A stretch of 49,683 nt of DNA from Legionellaceae bacterium (lineage in GTDB: Bacteria > Pseudomonadota > Gammaproteobacteria > UBA12402), in the NCBI GenBank assembly GCA_002707695.1, contig PANR01000024.1:1-49683 (forward strand). Reading direction: 5' to 3'. The notes under the pieces are model-generated. The model saw only the letters and a list, made by a program, of their open reading frames with translations. It was not told the DNA's origin and did no database searches. Position 1 is the stretch's first letter. Each line of letters opens with the position of its first letter. A program made the position numbers and the translations under genes. Below are positions 28,551 through 37,426 of this stretch, in pieces.

Positions 28551-31500
28551 TTATTGGCACGCTTCACAATCTGGATCGTCAATCGAACACGCCTTTGGCG
28601 CTGCAGAGCCCACTTCGGCATCCGTTTGTACAGCGTTTAGCGACCCTTTGCTTACCGTTGATTTTTCCATATGGCTTGCGCCTAAACTGCGTAAGTAATA
28701 CGTTGTTTTTAAGCCGCTCGTCCAAGCATGACGATAAAGACTGTCGAGTTTTTTGCCTGATGGATTAGCCATGTAGAGGTTGAGCGATTGTGATTGATCA
28801 ATCCATTTTTGACGTTTTGCGCCTGCTTTGACTAACCAGCTTGGATCAACCTCAAATGCTGTAGCATATAATGCTTTTAGTTCTTCAGGAATACGATCGA
28901 TGCGTTGAACGCTACCATCATAGTATTTTAGATCATTGACCATCACATCATCCCAAAGGCCGCGAGATTTTAAATCACGAACCAGATAGGGGTTAACGAC
29001 AGTAAACTCACCTGACATATTCGATTTAACATATAAATTTTGATAAGTCGGTTCAATAGATTGTGAAACACCGCAAATGTTAGAAATGGTGGCCGTTGGT
29101 GCAATGGCCATCACATTAGAATTACGCATGCCTTTTTTAATTTTTTTGCGCAAGCTTTCCCAATCTAAAGTGGTTTCTTGATCCATGTCACAATTAACGC
29201 CGTTTCGTGCATCAATGACGTACTTGACTGAATCAATCGGTAATACACCTTGATTCCATAATGACCCTTCAAAGCTTTCATATGCGCCGCGTTCTTGCGC
29301 CAGCTCTGCAGAAGCTTCTAATGCATAATAACTGACGTACTCCTGATAGCGATCAGCAAATTTGACAGCTTGCTCTGATGCGTAAGGAATACGTTTGCGA
29401 TACAAGCAATCTTGAAAGCCCATCACGCCCAAACCGATGGGGCGGTGTTTTAAGTTAGAATTTCTTGCTTGCGGGATAGTGTAGTAATTGATGTTGATCA
29501 CATTGTCTAACATGCGAATAGCTGTTTTAACCGTTTTCTTGAGGCGTTCAACATCAAATCGATTGTTGTCGTCCATATGTTGAGGTAGGTTGATGCTGCC
29601 TAAATTACACACGGCGACTTCTTCTTTAGACGTGTTCAATGTGATTTCAGTACACAGATTTGAGCTATGCACAACACCGCTATGGCGTTGTGGCGAGCGT
29701 AAGTTACAAGGATCTTTAAACGTAATCCATGGGTGGCCAGTTTCAAACAACATGCTGAGCATCTTGCGCCATAACGCAAGGGCGGACACCACTTTGTAAT
29801 TATTCATTTCGCCGCGCCGCGCTTTTTCTTCATAAGCGAGGTAGGCTTTTTCAAAATCTTTTCCGTACAGGTCATGTAACTCTGGTGCTTCATCAGGGGA
29901 GAAGAGCGTCCAGTCTTGTTTGTCATGAACACGTTGCATAAACAAATCGTTAACCCACGCTGCCGTGTTCATGTCATGCGTACGACGACGATCATCGCCT
30001 GTGTTTTTGCGTAGCTCTAAAAAGTCTTCAAAATCTTTGTGCCAAACTTCGAGATAAGCACACACAGCCCCTTTGCGCTTGCCGCCATTGTGAGCTAGCG
30101 CGGCAGTTGTCATATAACTTTCGTCACCTTCAACCTTTAAATCATAGACGAATGGAACGGGGACGATAGGGTTAATTGAACGTAGGCGACTAAATAGCGT
30201 TTTGCCCCACACAAACCAATTGCGTTTTTTAACAGCTTGGCAACCAACGAGCTCGGCAATTTCTGGCACAGCTGGAATGCGTAGATCATATGCCTTAGTT
30301 TTGCCGTTAAATTCGATTCGTTCACCATTATCGCGAACGCCTGTATGGGAGTTTTCTCTTTCGCGATATTGACCAGCGCAAGGAATGCCAAGGCGCAGTA
30401 ATTGATATCGCAATCCTTCTGCGAGCGATGTGGACGTGTTGGTGAAATAAATTTCTTTGCCGCGGCTGACACCACCATCTGTTTCAAGCAGCCCTTTGAT
30501 TAAGGCGAGCGTTTGTGATTTTGGCAGATGACTAAACCGTCTGGCGATATGTTTCTCCTTGTTGCTGTGGTAGATGTCATCTCGCGTAAATGGTAATGCA
30601 GATTGGCCAGCGCTGACAAATTGTCCGGTTGAACCGTCACGCATTAATCCTTTGCCAATAGACCAACGCACTTGTTGATAGTTTTTGCCTCGATTGGTTA
30701 CCCAATAATGAATGCCGCGATTTTTTAAATATTCGCGAACAAACACTAAGTGTTCATCTTGCTGTGGGTTGCCAGAGACGCCCCATTCATGTTCGGATAA
30801 ATGCCCGTCTCCTAGCAAAATACCATAAAGACGCGCATCTTCTTCGGTAAAGTGCTCAACAGGGACAATTTCTTGTGGAATAGTTTGTCCAATGTAATCG
30901 TTTGCTTTAAGCTCGCCAGCGTCAACCCATGCCGTCATGAGTTTGCCGCTTGTCAGTTGGGCAAGTGTACGATCAATGCTTTGTTCGCGCGCCACCTGTT
31001 GAATGGCCCAAATAGGATGGCCTGAAGTTACTTTGATTGGCTTAATTGAATGTTTAATATTGAGCTCAACCATCGGATCAGTTTGGTTATAAAGCATTTG
31101 ATCAAGCACTTCTCGGTATTCGCCGCGTTGGCCTAATACCAAGTCACCTTTTTTAACATCCCTGATGGCTTTGATGCCGTCGGCGGTGTAGAGCAAAGTT
31201 TCGGGTGAAAAACATTGATTCACAGCGATGGCAGTCGCATCAGCAACGTTGAGGAAGGGAACCACGCCCTGCGACCTGCCATTTGTGCCATGAATATGTG
31301 CGCCCATCGCGCGAACAGATGTCCAGTCATTACCAAGGCCGCCGGCGTATTTAGACAGTAATGCATTGTCTTTAATCGCGCCGTAAATGCTATCAAGGTC
31401 ATCGCTCACGGTTGTTAAGAAGCAGCTAGATAATTGCGGACGTTGTGTGCCTGCATTAAAAAGCGTTGGCGTTGAGCTCATAAAATCAAATGTAGATAAT

Positions 31501-32543
31501 AAGTTGTAGAATTCAATAGCGCGTGCTTCGCGATCTTTTTCTTCAACGGCCAAGCCCATCGCAACACGCATGAAAAATGCTTGGGGCAATTCGAAACGTA
31601 TGTTGTTGTGATGAATGAAGTAGCGATCATACAGTGTTTGCATGCTGAGATACGTAAATTGATGATCACGTTCGGGCATTAATGCTTTGGTGATTTTGTC
31701 GAGATCAAATTTGAGTAATTCATCGCTGATGCGCCCAAGCTCAACGCCTTTTTCTAGATAAGCGCGAAAGTATTCGCCATAGAGTTCAAACATTTCGGCA
31801 AAGGTTGCATTGGTGGCAACACCTAAGTAAGTCAGCGCTTCGCTGCGCAGTTCATCAAGCAATAAACGAGCGGTGACTTGGCTATAGTTCGGATCACGCT
31901 CTACAAATGCGCGTGAGGTAATGATCAAAGCTTTGCTGACATCGCTTTCCGGCATGCCATTATACAGGTTACGTTGCACTTCTTTTAGGATGACCTCGGG
32001 ATCGACGTCAGTGAGTTCTGCGCAGGCTTCTTGCACAACAGTTTGCACACGTTCGTAATCCAGCGGCGCTGTTGCACCATCGCTTAGCATCACATCAATG
32101 CTAATATCAGTTTTTGGTTTAACAACAGCTTTAGGTGCTGCATCTTCTTTGCGTGCTTTGTGACGCTCTTCACGGTAAAGCACGTAAGCGCGCGCTACTT
32201 TTTGTTCGCCAGCGCGCATTAATGCTAACTCAACTTGATCTTGTATAAATTCGATATGCACAGCACTGTCGGTGAGTGCGCGTGCCTGTAAGGTTTTTGT
32301 AATGTCTTGAGTTAATTCGTCGACTTTTTCGTGTATGCGGCGCGAGGCAACAGCGGTATTGCCTTCAACCGCTAAAAATGCTTTGGTGACTGCCACTTTA
32401 ATTTTGCTTTCTTCATAGGGCACGCCCGTGCCGTTACGGCGAATAACGCGTAGCTCACCAGGCTGAGAGTTATTCGTATTGATAGTGTTAATGACTGGGG
32501 TGGCTTCGGCTGTGCTAGCATCAGCTGTAGTTACTTCGCTCAT
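28551..32543 (-). CDS. nrdA: Ribonucleotide reductase class Ia alpha subunit, two ATP-cones, interrupted by an intein
   Basis: TPTLFNAG, LSSCFL, SSNLCTE, AVCNLGS, APTATIS, TTYYLR and C-terminal CEAC; ATG at 32543 after GGAG. Confidence 0.97.
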   Translation of the reverse strand: MSEVTTADASTAEATPVINTINTNNSQPGELRVIRRNGTGVPYEESKIKVAVTKAFLAVEGNTAVASRRIHEKVDELTQDITKTLQARALTDSAVHIEFIQDQVELALMRAGEQKVARAYVLYREERHKARKEDAAPKAVVKPKTDISIDVMLSDGATAPLDYERVQTVVQEACAELTDVDPEVILKEVQRNLYNGMPESDVSKALIITSRAFVERDPNYSQVTARLLLDELRSEALTYLGVATNATFAEMFELYGEYFRAYLEKGVELGRISDELLKFDLDKITKALMPERDHQFTYLSMQTLYDRYFIHHNNIRFELPQAFFMRVAMGLAVEEKDREARAIEFYNLLSTFDFMSSTPTLFNAGTQRPQLSSCFLTTVSDDLDSIYGAIKDNALLSKYAGGLGNDWTSVRAMGAHIHGTNGRSQGVVPFLNVADATAIAVNQCFSPETLLYTADGIKAIRDVKKGDLVLGQRGEYREVLDQMLYNQTDPMVELNIKHSIKPIKVTSGHPIWAIQQVAREQSIDRTLAQLTSGKLMTAWVDAGELKANDYIGQTIPQEIVPVEHFTEEDARLYGILLGDGHLSEHEWGVSGNPQQDEHLVFVREYLKNRGIHYWVTNRGKNYQQVRWSIGKGLMRDGSTGQFVSAGQSALPFTRDDIYHSNKEKHIARRFSHLPKSQTLALIKGLLETDGGVSRGKEIYFTNTSTSLAEGLRYQLLRLGIPCAGQYRERENSHTGVRDNGERIEFNGKTKAYDLRIPAVPEIAELVGCQAVKKRNWFVWGKTLFSRLRSINPIVPVPFVYDLKVEGDESYMTTAALAHNGGKRKGAVCAYLEVWHKDFEDFLELRKNTGDDRRRTHDMNTAAWVNDLFMQRVHDKQDWTLFSPDEAPELHDLYGKDFEKAYLAYEEKARRGEMNNYKVVSALALWRKMLSMLFETGHPWITFKDPCNLRSPQRHSGVVHSSNLCTEITLNTSKEEVAVCNLGSINLPQHMDDNNRFDVERLKKTVKTAIRMLDNVININYYTIPQARNSNLKHRPIGLGVMGFQDCLYRKRIPYASEQAVKFADRYQEYVSYYALEASAELAQERGAYESFEGSLWNQGVLPIDSVKYVIDARNGVNCDMDQETTLDWESLRKKIKKGMRNSNVMAIAPTATISNICGVSQSIEPTYQNLYVKSNMSGEFTVVNPYLVRDLKSRGLWDDVMVNDLKYYDGSVQRIDRIPEELKALYATAFEVDPSWLVKAGAKRQKWIDQSQSLNLYMANPSGKKLDSLYRHAWTSGLKTTYYLRSLGASHMEKSTVSKGSLNAVQTDAEVGSAAPKACSIDDPDCEACQ
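30087..31214 (-). mobile_element. Intein (376 aa) with LAGLIDADG homing endonuclease; +1 extein residue is Gly
   Basis: AVNQ|CFSPETLLYTADG; block B VTSGHP; LYGILLGDG and IKGLLETDG; block F VYDLKVEG; ALAHN|GGKRKGA. Removing it restores the conserved AVNQGGKRKGA. Confidence 0.95.
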
Positions 32544-32709
32544 ATGTTTGACTCCGTGTGTTATGTTTAGGTCCTGCCAGACCAGCAAAACAAAATGCAT
32601 CGCATGCCGGCTTGGTTTTGCTCTGTTTTTGAAGTGACTTCACCCATGAAATACCTTTAAGCGGTTGTATTTACAGGCGAAATTGCACTCGGTATCTGTC
32701 CTGATACAA

Positions 32710-32757
32710 CCCCAAGATCTTGGGGTAACTAAACAGAGTTATAACAAGATAGTGCGG
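32710..32757. promoter_or_regulatory. Tandem NrdR boxes
   Basis: CCCCAAGATCTTGGGG (32710-32725) and TAACAAGATAGTGCGG (32742-32757), 32 bp apart, fit CwAnATnTwG upstream of nrdA. Confidence 0.7.
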
Positions 32758-32795
32758 TTTCGAATGGATTGCAAGGGGACAAATGAAGAAAGTCC

Positions 32796-32826
32796 TGTGG
32801 AAATCTTGTGGAAATCTTGTGATAAA
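32796..32826. promoter_or_regulatory. Three DnaA-box-like repeats at 11-bp spacing
   Basis: TGTGGAAAT, TGTGGAAAT and TGTGATAAA, each one mismatch from TGTGNAWAA. Confidence 0.45.
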
Positions 32827-32930
32827 ATTGACCCGTTAATATTATGGTTTTATGTGTGCCAGATTGGGTACATGCTGTCCATGATGGTGGTCAGTCTGCA
32901 TATACCCTATGGTCATTCGGTAAGCGTGAA

Positions 32931-33536
32931 TTAGCCAAGTTGCTCAGCTACAAATTCCCAATTCACTAGTTGCCAAAAGGCTTCAATGTATTTGGGTCGT
33001 GCATTACGATAATCAACGTAATAAGCATGTTCCCACACATCGCAAGTCATTAATGGTTTTAGATTATCCGTCATAGGATTGCCGGCGTTGCTGGTGCTCA
33101 CGATTTTTAAACTATCACCGTCTTTAACTAACCAAGCCCAGCCGGATCCAAACGTGGTGGCAGCTGTTGTTGAAAACGTTTCTTTGAATTTGTCGAACGA
33201 ACCAAAATGCTTATTGATGGCATCAGCTAATGCGCCGGTTGGTTCGCCGCCACCGTTAGGTGACAAGCTTGGTTCGCCGCCACCGTTAGGTGACAAGCAA
33301 TGCCAGTAAAACGTGTGGTTCCAAATTTGCGCTGCGTTATTAAAAACACCGCCATCTGCTGAGGTGATGATATCTTCAAGTGATTTGTCTTCAAATTCAG
33401 TGCCTGGGACTAGCTCATTAAGCTTGTTGACGTAAGCTTGGTGATGTTTGCCGTAGTGGTATTCGAGCGTTTCTTTAGAAATATGAGGTTCAAGTGCGTT
33501 CATTTCATAGGGTAATTTAGGCAGTTCAAATGTCAT
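32931..33536 (-). CDS. sodB: Fe superoxide dismutase with a 10-aa internal duplication
   Basis: HYGKHH, AAQIWNHTFYW, FGSGWAW and DVWEHAYY. Confidence 0.96.
   Translation of the reverse strand: MTFELPKLPYEMNALEPHISKETLEYHYGKHHQAYVNKLNELVPGTEFEDKSLEDIITSADGGVFNNAAQIWNHTFYWHCLSPNGGGEPSLSPNGGGEPTGALADAINKHFGSFDKFKETFSTTAATTFGSGWAWLVKDGDSLKIVSTSNAGNPMTDNLKPLMTCDVWEHAYYVDYRNARPKYIEAFWQLVNWEFVAEQLG
33239..33298. repeat. Perfect 30-nt tandem duplication inside sodB
   Basis: TTGGTTCGCCGCCACCGTTAGGTGACAAGC occurs twice in tandem. Confidence 0.95.
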
Positions 33537-33703
33537 GGATAGTCTCCTTTTATGGCGTTACGTGTTGCGCAACTATATCGCACTTGATTTCAAGATCCAA
33601 CCGAGAAAATTTGTGGTTATTATTTGGCTCAGCTTGCAGGACCTTGTGCGATGGTCTATAGTTAAGACAGGTGTTTCTTGAAGAAGAATGAAGGGAGTCA
33701 ACG

Positions 33704-34261
33704 ATGAAAACTATTGTTAAAATTGGTCTTATTAGCAGTTTGCTTGTCGGCGCGTGTTTGTCGGCAAACGTGATGGCGCAAACGCCGTCCGTCAACTTTT
33801 CTAACCTGTCTCATACATTATTAAATAACCCGCCAACGCCCAAAGCCCCTAATGCATCAGTCACGGCAGGGTGGACACGTCAGCAAAAAGAAATGTTAAC
33901 GCAGTTTGCTCAACAAGCAAGCAGAATTGGCTGGCAATCGGGCTCGATCAACAACCCTTATCTAGGTCCGACGAGGCCGCTCCGTTACTACAGTGAAATG
34001 CCTCAGTTGGAGCGAACTGTTGCAAAGAGTTTTCCAAACCTTTCAAAAAGTTCACTAAACGACGTTCTTAGTTATCTAGCAGGCGTTAGAGCATCTTCTG
34101 AAGGGCAAGCGAATCATCTCAGATCTACTACAAGCCCTACTCTTTTTGATGCGACAACAGCCGCTCCCGATTTCAGGGTTAACCAAGCTTCTGCTTCTGT
34201 CGGGTTTAGAACTCGAGGAAACTTTGATTCAGACATGGTCCTAGAGGAAGAAGAGCTGTAG
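33704..34261 (+). CDS. Secreted hypothetical protein, paralog 1
   Basis: AGGGAG RBS; Sec-type signal ending VMA-Q; homologous to 35990-36580; acidic C-terminus. Confidence 0.8.
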   Translation: MKTIVKIGLISSLLVGACLSANVMAQTPSVNFSNLSHTLLNNPPTPKAPNASVTAGWTRQQKEMLTQFAQQASRIGWQSGSINNPYLGPTRPLRYYSEMPQLERTVAKSFPNLSKSSLNDVLSYLAGVRASSEGQANHLRSTTSPTLFDATTAAPDFRVNQASASVGFRTRGNFDSDMVLEEEEL

Positions 34262-34295
34262 CGTTCTTCCCGTTCGCTTCATGCCGACTTTTCGT

Positions 34296-35528
34296 TCAAT
34301 TGCTGTTAAGTCGGCGCTCGATTGCTTGAGCACTTTTGCTTGAAACGCCTGCTTTGCTTGCGAGTTTTTTCCACTGGGCACGTGCTGATAGTACGTTATC
34401 CAACATGGTTTGTGCCTCTTGTTTGTTAATGCTGGCTGATAGTGCTAATTCTATTAAATCATCGTGTGTGATGTGCTTACCTTTGCCCATAACCATGGTA
34501 CTTTGTTCGCCGCCAGGGCCTGAGGAAAAAGTTAAATCATAAGCTGGCGTTAATTGCCATTGCCCGTCTGCATTGATCATGAATGATATATTTTTTGTAT
34601 GATCATCTTTGTTGTGCATCAATACGTTAAAAACGCATAGACGAAAAAGTTTGCGTACTTCATTTTTGCTTTTAGTTAGCAGAAAGGTTGCTTTGAGTAA
34701 TGTTTTGTAATCCATGGAGGGTGTTCTGAAATCTGAGTGTAATAAACCGCAAGCTGAATGAATGTGAAAACGCTTTTGACTCGCACGATCAAAACGTTTT
34801 GTTGCGAAATAACCTGGGCCGTGTTTGGCGGGCAGCAAACAGGTTTCCATTGTTTCTATGCCAGCAAGCTTTGCTAGTTGTGCGTAGACAAATTCAATGG
34901 CACCGCTATCGAAGGGCTCAACAGCATTGGGAAATTTAACGAGCCAATGTTCATAGCCTGCTGGCAATTCATTGGCGCCATGAATAATATTTTTTTTATT
35001 GTTTAAACCAATCATGGCTTTTGGCCTGGCACCTGCTGAGGAGCCATTTAGTTCAAGTATTTCTGCAATAACGGCGCTAGCATCACCTTGTAAAATTTGC
35101 CGCGTTTGTTTGGCTAGCAAATCTAAATCTAATTGTTGTGGCGTGTCTGTTGATTGTTCGTGGGCAGGGTAATAGATCAATGCGCCCATGCCGTGTTCGC
35201 CAACATAAGTCAGTCGATCAAGCGGTGTTAATTCATCGGGCAATATGCCTTCTTCACGCACAGCGCGATCGAGGAGTAAGCGACCCCAGCCGTCAGGCAA
35301 GCTGTCGTTGAACAGGCCTGGCAATCCGTCGAATAAAGCGGGGTCGCCTTGTTGCAAGCCAGCTTTCAGCGGCAGAGTAAAGGGTGAAAGCTCGATGCCT
35401 TTTTGAATGAAGCTTTCGTCATATTCGAAATAGGCCGTTTGATCGCGATAAGCCAAGCGGCCTACTTTGACCGGGTGGTCTGTGGTTTTTAAATAGACGT
35501 CAACTTGTTTGACAGATTTGTTGCTCAT
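34296..35528 (-). CDS. hipA: HipA-family Ser/Thr kinase toxin
   Basis: DSLPDGWG, SSAGARPK, KRFDR, NKDDHTKN and PAYD motifs. Confidence 0.92.
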   Translation of the reverse strand: MSNKSVKQVDVYLKTTDHPVKVGRLAYRDQTAYFEYDESFIQKGIELSPFTLPLKAGLQQGDPALFDGLPGLFNDSLPDGWGRLLLDRAVREEGILPDELTPLDRLTYVGEHGMGALIYYPAHEQSTDTPQQLDLDLLAKQTRQILQGDASAVIAEILELNGSSAGARPKAMIGLNNKKNIIHGANELPAGYEHWLVKFPNAVEPFDSGAIEFVYAQLAKLAGIETMETCLLPAKHGPGYFATKRFDRASQKRFHIHSACGLLHSDFRTPSMDYKTLLKATFLLTKSKNEVRKLFRLCVFNVLMHNKDDHTKNISFMINADGQWQLTPAYDLTFSSGPGGEQSTMVMGKGKHITHDDLIELALSASINKQEAQTMLDNVLSARAQWKKLASKAGVSSKSAQAIERRLNSN

Positions 35529-35830
35529 GTTCGCCGACCTCGCTGGCGTTTTTTGGGCGCTGATTGTAGTACCTCGTCAAACGTTTGATAGGTTGGTTTG
35601 ATAGGGTCGAGCGCTGTCGAGATAGGTTCGAGATAGTCTAAGACTAATGCGAGATGTAGAAAGGATTCGAGGGAGATCTTTCCTGTGCGCTCGAATTTTC
35701 TCAGCGTGGGTAGTTTTACGCCAGATCGCTCAGCGAGGCCGGCTTGGGTGAGTCCAAGCGCTAGGCGCCGCGTGCGGAAAGCGCCGCCGGCTTTTTTGAG
35801 CACATCTTCTGTGCCAATAAGTGATATCAT
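35525..35830 (-). CDS. XRE/HTH antitoxin (HipB-like)
   Basis: LTQAGLAERSGVKLPTLRKFERTG; ATGA overlap with hipA. Confidence 0.88.
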   Translation of the reverse strand: MISLIGTEDVLKKAGGAFRTRRLALGLTQAGLAERSGVKLPTLRKFERTGKISLESFLHLALVLDYLEPISTALDPIKPTYQTFDEVLQSAPKKRQRGRRT

Positions 35831-35989
35831 AATGTTAAATATATCAATTTAAACAAGATAAGTGATGTTATTGTATCATTAACGTTGATTTTTTGCAAGA
35901 GGATATTTTGCCGATTATGCACCATGGTTGGCGATTCGGTATTTTATGGCTTACAATGAAACTATGGAATTTTTAAAAGGAGTTATCAG

Positions 35990-36580
35990 ATGAAATCTAT
36001 TGTTAAAATTAGTCTTATTAGCAGTTTGCTTGCCGGTGCGTGTTTGTCTGCAAACGTGATGGCGCAAACGCCGTCTTTTAATCGTGCTGGGTTATCTGTT
36101 GCTTCACGGGTGCCAATAGTTAATTCCAACCAGTCTGACAGCCTTTCAGCACGTAGGGATTATATAAGCGGTCACCCAACAGTAGAGCCCAGAGCGCCTA
36201 ATGCATTGCTCACAGCAGGGTTCACACGTTCTCAAAAAGAAACCTTGACAAGGCTTGCATATAGAGTAAACAAGCTTGGTTGGATGAAAGGTTTGAACGT
36301 TCCGCAAAATGATTCAATGGACCGCTTGAAACATCAGGTTAAACGTGCGTTTCCGGGACATTCTCAAAGAGACATTCTGACCTATTTGCTCAGTGTAAAG
36401 GATTCTGCGCAGTCGGCAGCCACTAGTGTTCGTCTGAAGCATCCAAGGGTTTTTTCTGCTGCAACCAACGTGGCTGATTACAATATAGTTCACACTTCTC
36501 TCGCAAGTTTTCGAAACAGAGGTACTTTTTTCAATGATGAAAGCCTAATGGACGAAGAATCATCAGCAACAGAGTTCTAA
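35990..36580 (+). CDS. Secreted hypothetical protein, paralog 2
   Basis: AAGGAG RBS; signal peptide nearly identical to paralog 1; shares APNA..TAG.TR.QKE and FR.RG.F. Confidence 0.8.
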   Translation: MKSIVKISLISSLLAGACLSANVMAQTPSFNRAGLSVASRVPIVNSNQSDSLSARRDYISGHPTVEPRAPNALLTAGFTRSQKETLTRLAYRVNKLGWMKGLNVPQNDSMDRLKHQVKRAFPGHSQRDILTYLLSVKDSAQSAATSVRLKHPRVFSAATNVADYNIVHTSLASFRNRGTFFNDESLMDEESSATEF

Positions 36581-36602
36581 CTTTTCCCGCGCGCTTTTTG
36601 CT

Positions 36603-37397
36603 TCACGCCGGCTGTGAGGATAGCGGGGAGGTTTCACCCCTGCGCAGGGTGAGGATTTCCACGCCGTCTTTGGTCACAAGCAGCGTATGCTCCCATTGCG
36701 CCGAGAGGCTGTGATCTTTGGTGACAACCGTCCATTTATCCGGCAGGGTTTTGATGAAGCGCTTACCCGCGTTGATCATCGGTTCAATGGTGAAGGTCAT
36801 GCCCTCTTGGAGCACCATGCCTGTGCCAGGCTTACCATAATGCAGTACATTGGGCGGCTCGTGCATGGTTTTACTGATCCCGTGACCGCAATATTCGCGC
36901 ACCACCGAAAAGCGATGGCTTTCAGCATGCTGCTGGATGGCATGGCCAATATCACCTAAAAATACGCCGGGTTTGACCATCTCAATGCCGATCCACAAGC
37001 ACTCTCGTGTCACGTCGACTAGCCGCTGGGCCTGCACTGAAGGCTTGCCAATTATGAACATCTCGCTCGTATCGCCATGGTAACCGTCTTTTCGGACCAC
37101 GACATCGATATTCACAATATCGCCATCTTTGAGTTTTTTGGGGCCGGGGATGCCATGGCAGACGACATGGTTCACTGAGGTGCACATGTTTTTAGGAAAG
37201 CCATGGTAATTAAATGAGCCGGGGATGGCCTGCTGTTTGTTCACAATATGATCACGAGCGATCTCATCAAGTGCCTCAGTCGTTACGCCAGCTTTCACGT
37301 GAGGGGCTAATATTTCAAGGACTTCCGCCGCCAAACGGCCGGCAATTCGCATTTTCTCGATTTCGTCAGGGGTTCTTATTGCAGTATTTTCAGACAT
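36603..37397 (-). CDS. map: Methionine aminopeptidase type I
   Basis: CTSVNHVVCHGIP, DGYHGD, YCGHGI, FTIEPMIN and SAQWEHT. Confidence 0.98.
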   Translation of the reverse strand: MSENTAIRTPDEIEKMRIAGRLAAEVLEILAPHVKAGVTTEALDEIARDHIVNKQQAIPGSFNYHGFPKNMCTSVNHVVCHGIPGPKKLKDGDIVNIDVVVRKDGYHGDTSEMFIIGKPSVQAQRLVDVTRECLWIGIEMVKPGVFLGDIGHAIQQHAESHRFSVVREYCGHGISKTMHEPPNVLHYGKPGTGMVLQEGMTFTIEPMINAGKRFIKTLPDKWTVVTKDHSLSAQWEHTLLVTKDGVEILTLRRGETSPLSSQPA

Positions 37398-37426
37398 GAG
37401 CGGCACTATAGCACTTTTGTTCACAT

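Noticed and set aside
30087-31214. Group I/II intron as the explanation for the nrdA insertion
   Set aside because: The insert is wholly coding and in frame, begins and ends exactly with Hint-domain residues, and leaves no room for a ribozyme core.
32665-32934. 89-aa plus-strand ORF upstream of nrdA, and the many short ORFs overlapping core genes
   Set aside because: They overlap regulatory DNA or are antisense/alternate-frame shadows with no motifs or RBS.
36603-37200. map appears somewhat more GC-rich than its neighbours
   Set aside because: Spot counts (about 52-57% in three lines versus about 50% in one rpsB line) are not clearly different, and the gene is in its normal position next to rpsB.
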